From Trichinella spiralis (Eukaryota): a DNA stretch of 64,000 bases. Positions 23,431-37,369 of this stretch are shown piece by piece. The notes below the pieces were generated by a model. It had not been told where the DNA came from. It saw only the letters and a list, made by a program, of their open reading frames with translations, and did not search any database. A program made the translations under genes and the position numbers. The stretch spans positions 903,527 to 967,526 of the forward strand of contig NW_003526940.1 of the NCBI RefSeq assembly GCF_000181795.1, given 5' to 3'. Position 1 is the stretch's first letter; every line of letters starts with the position of its first letter.

Positions 23431-26400
23431 TTAAAATTGCTTCCAAGATGCAAGAACTTGCGAAACTGCTCGTGGTAACAGCCGACGGTGATGTTCATAA
23501 TAGAAATGTAAGCATTGTAATCAATCAAGACCCTTCTGATGCCAGCGTTGCTTTTCTTTATTGACAACATAAAAACCTAAAACAACAAATTAATCCTGCT
23601 CAGCTTCCTTATGAAAAGAATCAAGCGAACGACAATATGATTGAGAATTAGTGCATTAAAGTTTTATGCGACAGGTGTAGCATATCTCTGAAATGTAATA
23701 TTCAATTTTTCACAAATCGCACGAATATGAACACGAATAAATTAGAACAAACAAAGCAAGAAAAACATGAAATTATTTCACATGAAATGATCAACTGCCA
23801 TAATTATCAGTTTCAGGAAGTTTCCTCAACTGCTACAGTTAATACAATAACACTGACAAACAGTAACTGTTAGTATTATTTAATAAAGGGCAAATAGATT
23901 AGTGAGCAACTGATATAAGTATACGAAAGCAAAAGTGCATATCTGCTGGTAAAAATATATCATGCTCATGAGGTGGATAATTCTTTCAATAAGCTACACT
24001 AAGCTCTTGCCAATTTCAAAAAGGATATCACAGATATTCCAGTAGACGGATCATTTCATATGGGTAATTTCAGCTCATTTGGAAAATGACAAATAAATCT
24101 ATGAATACATTTCTCATTATTAAACCGGAAACCATTAGTTGAAAAATTAGTAAAACTTGAAGCGGTAAACAAGAGCTTTTGAAACAGATGAAGGCGTTGC
24201 AAAATCACAACTATCTTCCGATTTATATTGAACGATTGATTCAGCAAAGCGCAAATAATTGAAATGAGTAAGCAACGCCGGCCGGCAGAGGTGGATTTAT
24301 TCATTCTAGCCAATTTCCAAGAAAGAGAATGTCAAATCAAATTTATGCAGCATTTAAGTAGTGCTTGATTCTTTCTTTCCACAAGCGCACTCTGGCGACC
24401 AAAGCCGTTCACCAGACCTCTCTAACCGCTTAGCATATTATTATGGGGGACAAGATGTATTCTCCCTTTCTCTCTTTTCTCCCTCTCTTGCTTTCATTCT
24501 TTTTTTATCACTTTTTTCTTAAATTAAATTTTCCATGCACAAATTACGCTGTCATCGCTTTGGCAATTTTTAAGAACAATTCTTTGAATTGACTGATAGC
24601 ACGGCATTTGCATTTTGCCAATAATAATTTCAGAAAATAATACCCCATCAGTCATGGCAGAGGTTCGTGAAAAATGTTCTTCAATGCTTGTGGATCAATC
24701 ATTGATTTGAGCCGAAAAGAAAATTGGACAAAACGTCAGTTGGACAAAATTACAGAATTGATTTTCGGTATAAGAAGAAGTGATGTTTTCATAATTAATA
24801 ACCTCTTCCAAAGGCAAAAAACATTTCATTATACAGTCCATCTTTTTGGTATTAATACTACTTTGAAATTATTGATAATGCTTTTCAATTAAACACAACA
24901 TGCAACAAAATCAAAAAAGGAAGATTACATCGATTAAAGTTTAAAATCTTTTATGCACTAGCATTTTTTGCATTTATTATCAATTTCTTGAGTTTTGACA
25001 AGAATGTTATATTAAAATTTGTTCATGATGATTTTTTGTGCATGCATAACAGTATGCATGTTGTGCAGTTTTCTTCGCTTGATATTAAAAGTTCAGAATA
25101 CATGAACAATATTAAAGAAAACCTATGGGAATTAATATTAATATAAAAGTAAATTCAATTTTAAAATTATTTATTGCTGCATAAGATAAATTTGTTGATT
25201 ATATACATCAATGAAACGATGCAAATATGAAAAACTGCCCTCCTCCAAAGCAAAGTTGAGTATATAGACAGTTGTTTAAATGAACACATGACAGCTTTGC
25301 CATATACCTGACTATCGTGTTCAGTGAGAAACAGCTGCTAATTATTTAGAAACAATGACAAAGTATTCATTCACTGGCTATTGCAAAAGCGGCGAAACCA
25401 AGTTGCGCATTTCAAAGCTATATTGACAAATAGATAATTCCAACACCAACAATCTGAACATGAAACACTTTACCATGTTGTCATATAAGCTGAAGATAAA
25501 TGCTTTGATTTTTCAGATATTTTCTTTGTAAACATGATTGACTATGTAACTGATATTAAATAACCAACTGCATATGCTTTGTTGTTTATTATTAAACTAT
25601 ACTTTGTTAAGTTCGTTTTTTTCTGCAAAATTTGAAAAGTGAATTAACAGAAGAACCTCTTGATTTTTTTCCATTATAACAAATTTACTTCTCCTAGTAT
25701 AAAATTGCATTTCTTCTTTTCGCATTTTTCTACTTTATTGCATATGATGAATAATTTGTAAATTATTTTACTTGCAATAATTACATTGCTTCATTAAATT
25801 TCATATGACATGGTTCAGCAATCAACTGATAAATTGGTAATAATTGAGCAAGATTTTATTGTGATGATTATTATTAAATGGCGCTTTAGAAAATTCAATT
25901 TTTCAAATTTTATTAAATTCTTGTTCTAATATAAAATTTTAATTTCATCCAATGCACATCAATTGATTCAAATTGTCCTTTTACACGCCAATTCACTTTT
26001 TTTCAAAGATTATTGATTACCACTTTAGATTATTTTTTTGGTATTTTTATTTTATCAGGGTAAAGAAGTTTTTATTAACAGATTTCAGTTTCAAAAAAAA
26101 TGCGTTAAAATAATTCAAAATTAAATTTCGCTCAATTTCTTGTCTTATATTTAATATTTGTAATTGTTTCAAAAATATCAAACAGAGAAAAAGATATTTT
26201 TAAATGGAATTTATTTAGAAAAAACTTTAGTTGTTGAAATAGCAATTTTAAAAAGTATCAATGAAGGGTAAAATTTAAAGCCAAAAATTTGCTTCCATTT
26301 TACATAACATTAAATTACATGGACATTCAATTATTGATTGATTACTGACTAAATTATTTGCACAAATGTAAGCCAACAATGAAAATATTTTCTGAAAAAA

Positions 26401-28580
26401 AAAAGAAAAACAAAGAAACTCAACAACTGTCGAACAAAGTGTTCTATTGGAAAATTGATAATTCTTTGTTTAAATAATTAAATAAAGTTACATTGTAATA
26501 TATATAGTAGGGGTACTAAAAAATCACAACTTGCAGTTGTAGATTATTATTATTATTAAATTGATTATGAATCTCGATTGTTTTCTTAAAATTTAAAATG
26601 GAAGATTTCAGCAAAGATTCATCTGAGAAAAGGAGAAATCTTTCCTATATTTGACATCGACTCATTTTCAAAATGACATTAGCTGTCGCCAAGTTCAGAC
26701 ACTTGAAGTAGTGGTGAAATTTTCACAAAATTCGATCATTTCCTTCAGCTTAAGTGGAAAATAACCATATATCATAGTTATGAATATATTTCTTGGAACT
26801 CCCCTCGGGGAAATGTAGAAAGAAGTGTTGAACGACACCGATGACTTTCACTCTCTTATTCTCAGAGGAAATGAAATGCAAAATTCCGAATCATTTAGCA
26901 CATTTTCAAAGTACATGATATAAAAACAGAAATATTAGAAACTTCTTCAAAAAAACAATAGAAATATCAGGGAACAAATATAATCTGCATAAATCATTTT
27001 TATGTGTCCAGTTTATGTCTTCATAAATATCCGAAAAATGCTTTCATCGAACTCTTTACTGCATTTTTAATCAAATAATTTTAAAACTATTTATTATTTC
27101 AAAATTAAAATTGTACTTCTTTATCTTATTGCTCATTAAAATACACATAAATCAAACTTTAAAAAATGCGTGAATTTAAAACTTAACAAAAATAAAAGCT
27201 TTTGTAAAAATGCTAATTCCACAAATTAATACTACTTCATTTGTTTTATTATCAAAAATTGTATTATTAAACTATTTTTCATTAATTTGTACTGTAATTT
27301 AAATTAATATTTTACAAAAAACAAAACAATGCTTGATAGAGGAGACTTACAAAAATTGGACAATTTCGAAATTGACGTTTCTATAACTGCTTGAAGGAAA
27401 CGAAATTTAGTGAAAGAACAAATTTGCAAATTTAATTTTTGCCAAACTAAACCTCGTCTGTCAGTGATTCCCGACAAGTGGCAAAGTGAACAATTGACTG
27501 ATGCAAAGTGTGAAAGCAGTTTCAAGCAGTGAAGAAACAAATAATTGAAAGCAAATGCTCCAAGCATAAAAAGCCCCACTGGTAACGCACAAATTATATA
27601 TATACTGCGGTATTACATTTGTTTTAAATAGCTAAGAATTTCAGATGAATGATGCTTGCTTAGCAAATTTTGACTAAACAAACTGGCCATTTGATTGAAT
27701 TTGTTTAAAACTAATTGCACGTAGGTTGAATTAAATTTGATAAATTAATCATACTGAACTCATGAAATTGATGAAATCTCATCAATTTCATGTCATACGT
27801 TCGTCACAAGATGTTTCAAACAAATTTTATGTGAAAATCACATTTTTCTAATCAACAACACTTGTTGATCAGTTGACAATTATTTAAAATTTCATTATAT
27901 TTCTTACAAAAATCTGCATAAAAAACATGTCTCTTGCACTGCTTTACTTTATGAAAATCTGTACAGCATTGAATATTGAACATTATTGTTCAGTATTATA
28001 ATACACATTACCAATATATGGATAATACGTGAAAAGTAATACAATTTTTATTTATTATACTTGTATGTTTAAATTTCATCGTTATTTAAAGTTTTAAATT
28101 CTTCTAAATTTGTGCTTAAAGTTTTATAACAATTGCGTTTTAATTTAATTCATTTACAAATATCAGAAAATTATTCCAAGACTGTTCAGTTTCAAAAATC
28201 TTTCAACACCCTTAAAATTCGTGTAGCAAGAGATGAGTAAAACATAGTCCTGTAGTTACGTCGAAACTGCAGATCAGTTATTAATAATCAGTTAATCATA
28301 CGTTTTTTGCATACTTATTTATATTTTTTATATTTCAGAATTATATTACAAATAAATGAACAATTGTATAAAAGATGAATTTGCATTAGTAGAAAATAAC
28401 ATATTAATAAATTATATTTAAATTCAGTCGTGTTTTATATATTTTTTCTTGATATATTTTTCATAAATGTAATATGAACCTTTTCAGATACTGTATCATT
28501 ACAGTATTCTATAGTAAGCTAGTGAGCCGTTGGTTTATAGCCAGCTTACTAAATTCTGGTTATATACTTATTGCTTAAAA

Positions 28581-30176
28581 ATGTCGAACGTCTCGTGCCC
28601 AGCTCATCCAGATGCTGAATTAATTGAAGATCATAGAGCCGGTGACATGATTTGTATGGAGTGTGGTTTAGTAGTTGGCGATCGGTATTAACTTATTTTG
28701 GACGAAATTTTTGAACATTTTCCATTGTGATAAAAATATTGTTCATTTAAATAAATATTATATAGTTTTTATTTCAAGTGTAGTTTTTTAGATTTTATTT
28801 GAATTTAATATAGAATAAAGATGAGTAAATGAAGAAACAATTAGGTAAAATCTAGTGAATAAAATCATAGAAGCATAAAATTGCTGAGAAGAGTTTTTTT
28901 AAAGTGAACGCAATATGGTAAGATAATGTAAAATATATTGGTACAATAGCGTAGCATCTGTTTTGCTTTTTTATGATGAAACTTTTAGAATTGTGGATGT
29001 TAGCAGTGAATGGCGATCATTTAGCAGTGATTCTAATTCTAAAGATCCGAGTCGTGTCGGATCACCGGAAAATAATCTCATGTCCGGTGGTGGTTTGGCG
29101 ACTAGCATTGCTGGAGGAGGAAGTGATGAAAGCAGATCTTTGTCGAATCTGCAAAAACGACAGGCAGTATGATCATTTTTATTAAAATTTTATATATAAT
29201 TAAAATTTGTGTTTTGTAATGTTTGTTTTTAAGTCAAATAATCAAGATCGCGCATTGATTCACGCCTTTGGAGTCATTCGAGAAATGGCCGATCGTATTC
29301 ATCTGACAAAATCCATTCAAGTACAATTCGCTAGTTTATATGATGTTTTTTGTTTAACAATAATTTATTTTTAGGATCAAGCGAATTTGCTTTTCAAACA
29401 AGTACAAGAAACAAAAGCATTGAAAGGGAAGAACAACGATGCCGTAGCATCCGCTTGTCTTTACATTGCTTGTAGAAAAGATGGTGTTCCGAGAACTTTC
29501 AAAGGTTCATTATGAAATTTAAATGTTTAAAGGAATAATTTTGTCCATTTTAGAAATATGTGCTGTGTCTAAGCTTAGCAAGAAGGAGGTTGGTCGTTGT
29601 TTTAAGTTGATATTGCGTGCTTTGGAAACGAACTTAAATTTAATAACAACATCAGACTTTATGGTATGCGTTTCAAATTGTTAGTTTTGCAGCATTTTCT
29701 TTATTCTGCGTTTGTAGTCTCGTTTCTGTGGTAATCTAAATTTGCCTCAGTACGTACAGACGGCAGCGACTCACATCGCACGTGCAGCCGTGGAAAACGA
29801 TTTAGTTTCTGGGTATATTTTTTTAAAATTCACATGATGTTTCTTTGTGTACTTGTTTTTTTTTCAAAATCACTAATTTCGTGATGATGAAATTTAGCCG
29901 CAGTCCAGTTTCAATTGCAGCAGCGGCCATTTATATGGCCAGTCAAGCATCTTTGGAAAAACGGTGTGCGAAAGGTAAATTTCTTTATATTTTCTAAAGC
30001 TTGCTTTATTAAATTGAAAAAAGTTTTTTTAATTTTTTTCAGATATTGGTGATGTAGCAGGCGTTGCTGAGGTGACCATACGTCAGTCGTACAAGTTGAT
30101 GCTGGGCTCTGCGGCGAAGTTGTTCCCTGCGGATTTCAAATTTACTACACCAATTTCTGAATTGCCACCCGCTTAA
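28581..30176 (+). CDS. GTF2B: Transcription initiation factor IIB (8 exons)
   Basis: [35 protein letters not shown] zinc ribbon, [13 protein letters not shown]-reader, cyclin repeats [19 protein letters not shown] and [16 protein letters not shown], and [12 protein letters not shown]. Stop at 30174-30176. Confidence 0.96.
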
Positions 30177-32113
30177 ATGGAAAAATTGAAACAAATATTT
30201 TATTGCAAGAAAATATTATTTCTTCAAGCAAATTTTTTTGAATTTTTTTTATAGATTTTTAAGGAAATCTTAGTCAAAGAATAGAATCTACGTCGTAATT
30301 GAAATTTGCAAAGTGAGTGTTGTATTGCAGTTGGAAAAATGCATGGAAAGTTTTTGATTTTGTAGTTGTTTTTGAATAAATTTTATTTTCCTTTTTGTTT
30401 TGCATATGAAATTCCAAAAATTAATTCAGCTGGATGGAGAAGACTGATTCACGACAACCAACCCATTGATAATTATAATTTAATTTATTTATGGAAAGTT
30501 GAAATCTTTACTGCACAATAACGAGTAGAATGTACAGTAAAGAAAACAAATAATTTCAGTTTTCTGTCAAGTATTTCGTTTAATAAGATAAAATAAGTTG
30601 TGAAAATTTCAATAATTTCATAAATATTCAATGAAAAAAACGACAACAAATAAATTACTTGGTTAATAATAAGTCGTACTTGATTTTCGTTTTAGTGAAA
30701 TGTTTTTTGAATATATTTGAAAATTTAGGTTGATGAAGAAAATTTTACGAAAAGATGTTCAATTTGCATAAATGCAGGTGCTGTTGATGAATGGAAAATT
30801 TGTGTAAAAATGTCACCGAGTGATCTATCAATGTTGGAACGGAATTTGATGGTAAACAGAATTTGTCGTCCGACATACGTTATGTGTTGGTTATCTGATG
30901 ATGGCAGTGTTCAAAAATATTGTCGGTTGAAAACTTTTGAAAGATATACAATATATATATATGTATCTATGTATGTAAGAACAATTGGTGAGATAAAAGT
31001 TTGAGTTGTTTCTGAACCGAAAACCAACTCTAACCTTTATTCACACCGACGGTTCAAACGGCAAAATTCGATTTGAATACATTATCAGCGAATTTTTAAA
31101 TTTCAACTTCAAGTATTGACAGTGTGAAAGCAAAACCGGCTCGCATTCAGGTTATTGTTCAATGTTTAAAATCAACGCAATCAAAAAAATCCCTCCAGCA
31201 ATATTCATGGTTAATTTACCCAAGTATGGACAAGAATACATTAGCAGTTTTTTTTTAATTAATTTTCTCTTCCTCATCATCATATATTTGTACATATATA
31301 TTGGTTAATTTCGTTGATTTTGGTATATTTTCAAAAATCTACTAGGCACGTTACAAACCAAAGTTTGGAACGCGCCCTTTTTTGTTTATCAGCTCGCGGC
31401 TACAGTTCATCGATGAATAATCGATTTTTACAGCTCGTAAAATGTGCTGGGCTTGTCGAGCTTGATGATTCGACGTAAAGCATCGATGACGTTGTTCACG
31501 TTCCACGTGAACAATTACATTTTTCATTTTATAACACACGTTATTTAAAGATTACTTTGAATGAACTTGCTTGACTTTTTATTTGAACTTATTACTGTAT
31601 AATTGTTATTTTTTTTCCTTCCTTGTTATTGTTGTTATTATTGTTATTGTTGTCGTGGGTTGGAAAATTTTCAGGTCGCCAGATGTGCACTTTTGGTGTC
31701 GTATCGGCTGCCCATCTCCGCCTTTGACCGTTGCGTTGGCAGTACGACCTGCTGAACCATTTTCCCAGACGGTAGCCGGGCAGTGTGGCGCCATCTGGCG
31801 GAAACCTGCTTCTCGTTCCTTGCCGGTTGATTGACTACAGACAAACCGGACGAGTGTTTGCCGGTAAAAATTATTACTTCTTCTTCTTATTATTCTGCTT
31901 CTTCTTCTTCTTCTTATTCTTGTTGTATTCTCACGTCTTCCATCGACTGCAGCTTGTGATCCTCAGTTTCGAGGATAATAAATACCATTATTGTGCATGA
32001 AAATCAGTTTAATCGAGCAAATGTTATGACCAGCACCAGTTCGGATGTGGAATTGAGTTTCCGCTCTTTGGTAAGCTGATCGATCGATCCGTCTTGGACG
32101 TTTGCGGCAAAAG

Positions 32114-35100
32114 ATGGAGATGTCATCGTCAGGCGGTGGTGCAACGTGGCGTCGTTGTCGGCCCCGTTTCGACTGTCTGGAAAAATACCTGAACCGCGGC
32201 TTCCGGCTCTACGCGGCCTGGGTGTGCCAACACCCGTGGCCGTTCATCGTGGTTCCGGTGCTGCTGAGCGTGGTGTTGTCGGCCGGTATCCCGTACCGGC
32301 ACGTCTTGTACAGCGCCTTGTACTTGTACACACCCCAAGATGGTACCTCGAAATACGAGCAGCGGGTTTTCGAGCAGACCTGGCCCCAGACCAATACTAC
32401 CTTCCAGCCGAGCAGATCCGTGATCGACTTGCGCCAGTGTCAAGTGATCGTCTCGGCCAGGGATCATGGAAATGTCCTCAGGCCGGCACTGAGCAAAGCT
32501 GTACTCAGGCTGAACGACTTCATCGTCAACGACATTGTGGTGAGTTGTCAACTTTTTTCCTCTATATAATTCAATATCCGAAGAAATATTCATTCTTCCA
32601 CTGGTATCTAGTGCATCTAGAGTGGGGGATAGGCGTGTAAAAAAGTAGAAACAATAATCTCTTTGAACTTTTCATTCAAATCAATTGTAATTTTTTGGGA
32701 TAATTCTCCTTTTGAACTTGTCAATTTTTGTCGATTTCTTTTCAATTTTCATCAAATTATTAATTTACAAAAATTTTGTGGCCGACTGATAATTTTAATA
32801 TTTAAATATTTCAATTTGTATTTTACATTTCGACGAACATTTCTCGTTTCCTTGCACAATACACAAAACGGGTCCATTCATTTGAACATGATTAACTGAA
32901 GCGTGAATAAAAACAGCTTGAATTGGACGAATTGTTGTTTATTTCCTATTTTTTTTTCGTCGTCGTCGTCGTTGTAGTGGTGGTGGTTGTGGAAAAATTC
33001 AAAAGTCCAGTCTGCGGTATATCAAATTTTTTGCCATTTCAATTCAGACGGTAAAATTATTCGACAACTAAATTACCGGTTGAATTTGGTCTTTGCTTTA
33101 ATTTTTTCCTAATTGATTTTCAAGAAAGTTTCATGCTGTAGTTGGTTGGTTGGAAAAATTTTATGAAAAACATCAAAAATATACATATACCCCATCCCAT
33201 TGATTGATTGGAAATGTTTTGCATATTTGAAATTTTACAAAAAAAAAATAGGACGAAAATAGAATTGCAATGAATCATTATTTTCTTATTTCTTTCAAAC
33301 AAATGAATTACTGTAATTTTTGTTTTTTTTTTCTTTCTCTTATTTTCTTAATTTAACAATTCAAATCAAAACAGATCACATTTTGACATGCTTGAAAATG
33401 AATCAGTCGTTTGTCAAATTTATTTACAATATTACCAACTTGTCAAGCGATCGTTTATTTGCTTCGTTTGAAAGTTGTTTTCTTGTCACGGTTGTTGCTA
33501 ATGCTAATGACCATTTTGCACATCCATCCACATGTGGATGCATTTCAAAATTTTCCCCTCCTCCGCTGACTTCTCTTCTTTTTCGTACAATCAATTCACA
33601 AAAGTGGACAACTTTTTTTTTCTTCTTCCAATATATATTTTATATATTCAAATATTTTATATTAAAATGTGTCAAAGAGTATCTGGGTCGCATTTTGCAC
33701 ACCAATAGCTGAAAATGTTGCACTAGTGCACTTTTGACACTGAAACTCATTCTCCATTTCCGTTTGACACTAATACTTTATCGAAGAAAATGCCATCAAA
33801 TAATAATAGTTTTGTTTTGAATAAAATTGAATTAAAAATATATATAATAAAATGATATATTACATCATATAATAAATATACTTTATTATTTTTTTTAAAG
33901 GTTGATCTTAGATCTGATAATTTTCTTTTGCTTTTTCCTGTTTTATTAAAATGAACAGAGGTTGTTGCTATTCTGTTTGTTGTCAGTCATCTTTTTCTTC
34001 TTCTCTGGTTGTAAATTTCATTCTAATTCGGTTAATGGACAATAGAGAGAGGCAGGCAGGGGGAGGGGTACTTGACAATTTTCATTTGAACAGAAAAATT
34101 TTCCCAATTTCCCCCGATTGTAATTTTCCTGAAATTGCACAAAACGGACGATTATTATTCAAAGTGTTAACGTGTAATTTATTACATTGAAGAACAAAAT
34201 ATTAAAAATATATTCTTCTTTCAAATCAGATCAATAGAACAGGTTCCTCCAATCCAACAATTAATTTCAAATTTAATCATTTTCTTCTAAGGATAATTTT
34301 TATTTTTCCAATATTATTTGTTAAATTTGGTTGAAAATTGACTGATTAATTAATTAGTACATACAAACAAACAAGTAAAGTCTTTTTCATCTTCTAAGAT
34401 TGAAAATGATGGTATTACATATGGGTACAAAGATTTGTGCTTGAATACGAACAATTTTTGTTACACCAATCCACAAGTGGCCATAATTAGTCAAATGTTC
34501 GCCGAACCGAATCCGTACGGCAATTTGAGCTATCCGACAGCCACATTTGCCAACAGTCGTATATATTTGGGTTTGACATTGGGCGGCGTCGAATTGGATC
34601 CTATCAGTGGTCAAATTGAACAAGCCAAAGCTTGGTTTTTGATTTATCAGCTTCGTTTTGACGGTGAATTCGACAATTGGCTCAGTTCCAAGTGGGAATT
34701 GGAATTCGAACGTGCACTGCTCCATTACAAGGACGAGATGTTGCAGTTGACCGTATTCCATTCGCAGACGTTGGATTTGGAATTGTCGAAAAATAGCGAC
34801 TACATGATGCCGAAAATGTCGTTGATGTTCATGTCGTTGATTATATTCGCCACGTTGTGCGCGGTAACGTTCATCTGGGACCAGGACGGTCTACCGTGGG
34901 TCGACTGGACCCGAAGTACGCCGCTTCTCGCTTTTGCCGGTATTGTCGGAGCTGGCATGGGTGTGGCCAGTTCTATCGGCTTGCTCAGCATTTTGGGAGT
35001 TTCTTTTTGCGAAGTGATCGGTGTTATGCCCTTTTTGGTTATATGTAAGTTTTCGGAATTTAGAATTGAAAATTTTTTACCAATCATTATTCTTGTTACA

Positions 35101-37127
35101 TGCAATTCACGTCGTTCACATTTTTTCACACAGCTGTCAGATTGGACAACACATTTTTGATGACGTCGTCGTTGTTTCATACTAAACGATCGGCACCGGT
35201 TGCCGAGAGAATTTCCGAAGCGATGGGCGATGCGGCCGTCTCCATCACCATCACCGTACTGACCGATGTGCTCAGTTTCGGCGTCGGATATTTCACCAGC
35301 TTCCCGGCCGTGCAGCTTTTCTGCACGTATACTTGCGTGGCGATGATCGTCACGTTCATCTACCAGCTGACATTTTTGCTCGGCTTGCTCGTACTGCATG
35401 CTCGCAACGAAGCTCGAGCCAAGCACTGCTTGATGCCCGTGATCAAAACCTACACCGTCAAAGAGACGAAAAGTAGAAATATACTGGTGCGGTTGTTTTG
35501 CACCGGATCGTCGAGCAGCAACGTCAAAGAATCCTGTTCGACGACAGCCACGAACTGCGACAACGGTTACATTCACAGGCTCAGTGCCGAGAAGCCAACT
35601 GGGGTCGGGGTCGGCGTTGAATGGGACCATTGTCACGGGCCGGTGGCCGAGTTCAAAGCCAACGCCCAAGAAGGCACTTGGATCAGTCGAGGTTTCCGCA
35701 ACTATTTCGCCCCGTTCCTGATGAAACCGTGGACCAAAGCCGGCATTGTTCTACTCTATTTGATCTATTTGGGCACGTCGATTTACGGCTGCATCGGTTT
35801 GAAAGAAGGTCTCGAACCGGTCAACTTGCTGGTCAGCGATTCGTACGCCATCAATTTCTACCGCGATTTGGAACGCTACTTTTGGCACATCGGAGTCCAA
35901 GTCCAGGCCAGTTTCAACAGGCCGGGCAATTTGAGCGATCCGTCGAATCGGCTCCAAATTTACAACATCGTCCAAGAGTTCGCCAACAGCCCGCACGGTA
36001 TGGGCGAAGAGGGATTGGAATTTTGGCTTTACGAATTTCAACAATTTTTGCCCAAATACAACGGCCTTCATGTGGACGATTTGGACGAGAGGCGATTTTA
36101 TGAAAATTTGGAAGCATTTTTGCAATTTACCGAAAATCGACGATTTGCCAACGACGTTCTTCTCGACTACGACTACGACTACGACGAAGAATCTCCACCG
36201 TCACCATCGGTGGACAATGTCCAATTGCAAAGCTTGAATCGGTCGTCGCGCTCGACCATTCTTAACCCGGATGTGAAGAAGACGACCACGAGGAGGAGGA
36301 GAAGGAGGAGGAGGATCGTCGGCGTCAAGGCGTTTCGACTGATGATCGGCATCAAGAAGTTCGCCACCGCCCTCGACCAGACCGAAACTACCACCATGTT
36401 CCGCCAGTTGGCCGAAAAACATTCCAACTACAACATTACCACTTTCCATTACATTTGGCCGTTCGTCGACCAGTACATCGAAGTGTTGCCCAACGTGCTG
36501 CAAGAAGTCTACTCAGGAATGGCTTGCATGGTTCTGATCGCGCTGCTGTTGATCCCCCAGCCGCTCTGCTCAGTTTGGGTGACGCTGATGATCGCCTCGA
36601 TCGACATCGGCGTCGTCGGCTACATGACACTGTGGAATTTGTCCATGGATTGCGTGTCGATGATCACGTTGATCATGTCGATCGGCTTTTCGGTCGACTT
36701 TTCCGCCCACATCGCCTACGCGTACACGGTCAGCCAGGACAACGCCCCGTTGGATCGGATTCGCTTCGCACTCGGCAGTCTAGCCTGGCCAATCATCCAA
36801 GGTGGTCTGGCGACCATACTCGGCGTGCTCGTACTGTCCGACGTCAATTCGTACATGGTCAAGGCGTTCTTCAAAACTGTACTCTTGGTCATCCTGATCG
36901 GCGTCGTCCACGGCATCGTCTTCTTGCCGGTCTTGCTCAGCATAACCGATTTCAAAATTTGGCGCACTCTGATAACGCCGAAAGTGTCCACCGACCACCA
37001 CCACCACCACCACGACCATACGACCAACAAACGACACTCGAATCCCGGGCTCGAATTGCCCCAAGAGTCGGCGTTGCCGAAGACGAGCAGCAAAAATTGC
37101 TCCATATTCACCGTCACTGAACGATGA
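32114..37127 (+). CDS. Patched-related (PTR/PTCHD) sterol-sensing RND-family membrane protein; exons about 32114-32539, 34399-35044, 35134-37127
   Basis: HPWPFIVVPVLLS N-terminal TM, LYTP, sterol-sensing domain (VMPFLVI...DNTFLM...AAVSITITVLTDVLSFGVG...FPAVQLFC), second half SIGFSVDFSAHIAY and FFKTVLLVILIGVVHGIVFLPVLL. The start may extend by a short exon at 32026-32070. Confidence 0.93.
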
Positions 37128-37369
37128 TGACAAATGTTTTTTCCATTTCAAATCTTATTTCTTTTCAATTTTTGTACAATTCATAATCACTTACATGCCA
37201 TGTCACACACACACACACATCAACAAACTATTTTTTTCGACAATTATATTAAAAATTTCTCTCTGTTTTGATAAATGAATAATGATTTTCTTATTTTTAT
37301 TTTTTATAAGAAAAACATGAAAAAAAACTATAAAGACAATGATGCATCATCACTATCATGCATGCAATT

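Noticed and set aside
26590..26900. LLFSDES on the minus strand, reminiscent of a Tc1/mariner transposase
   Set aside because: A single short motif among stops, with no other transposase motifs or terminal repeats.
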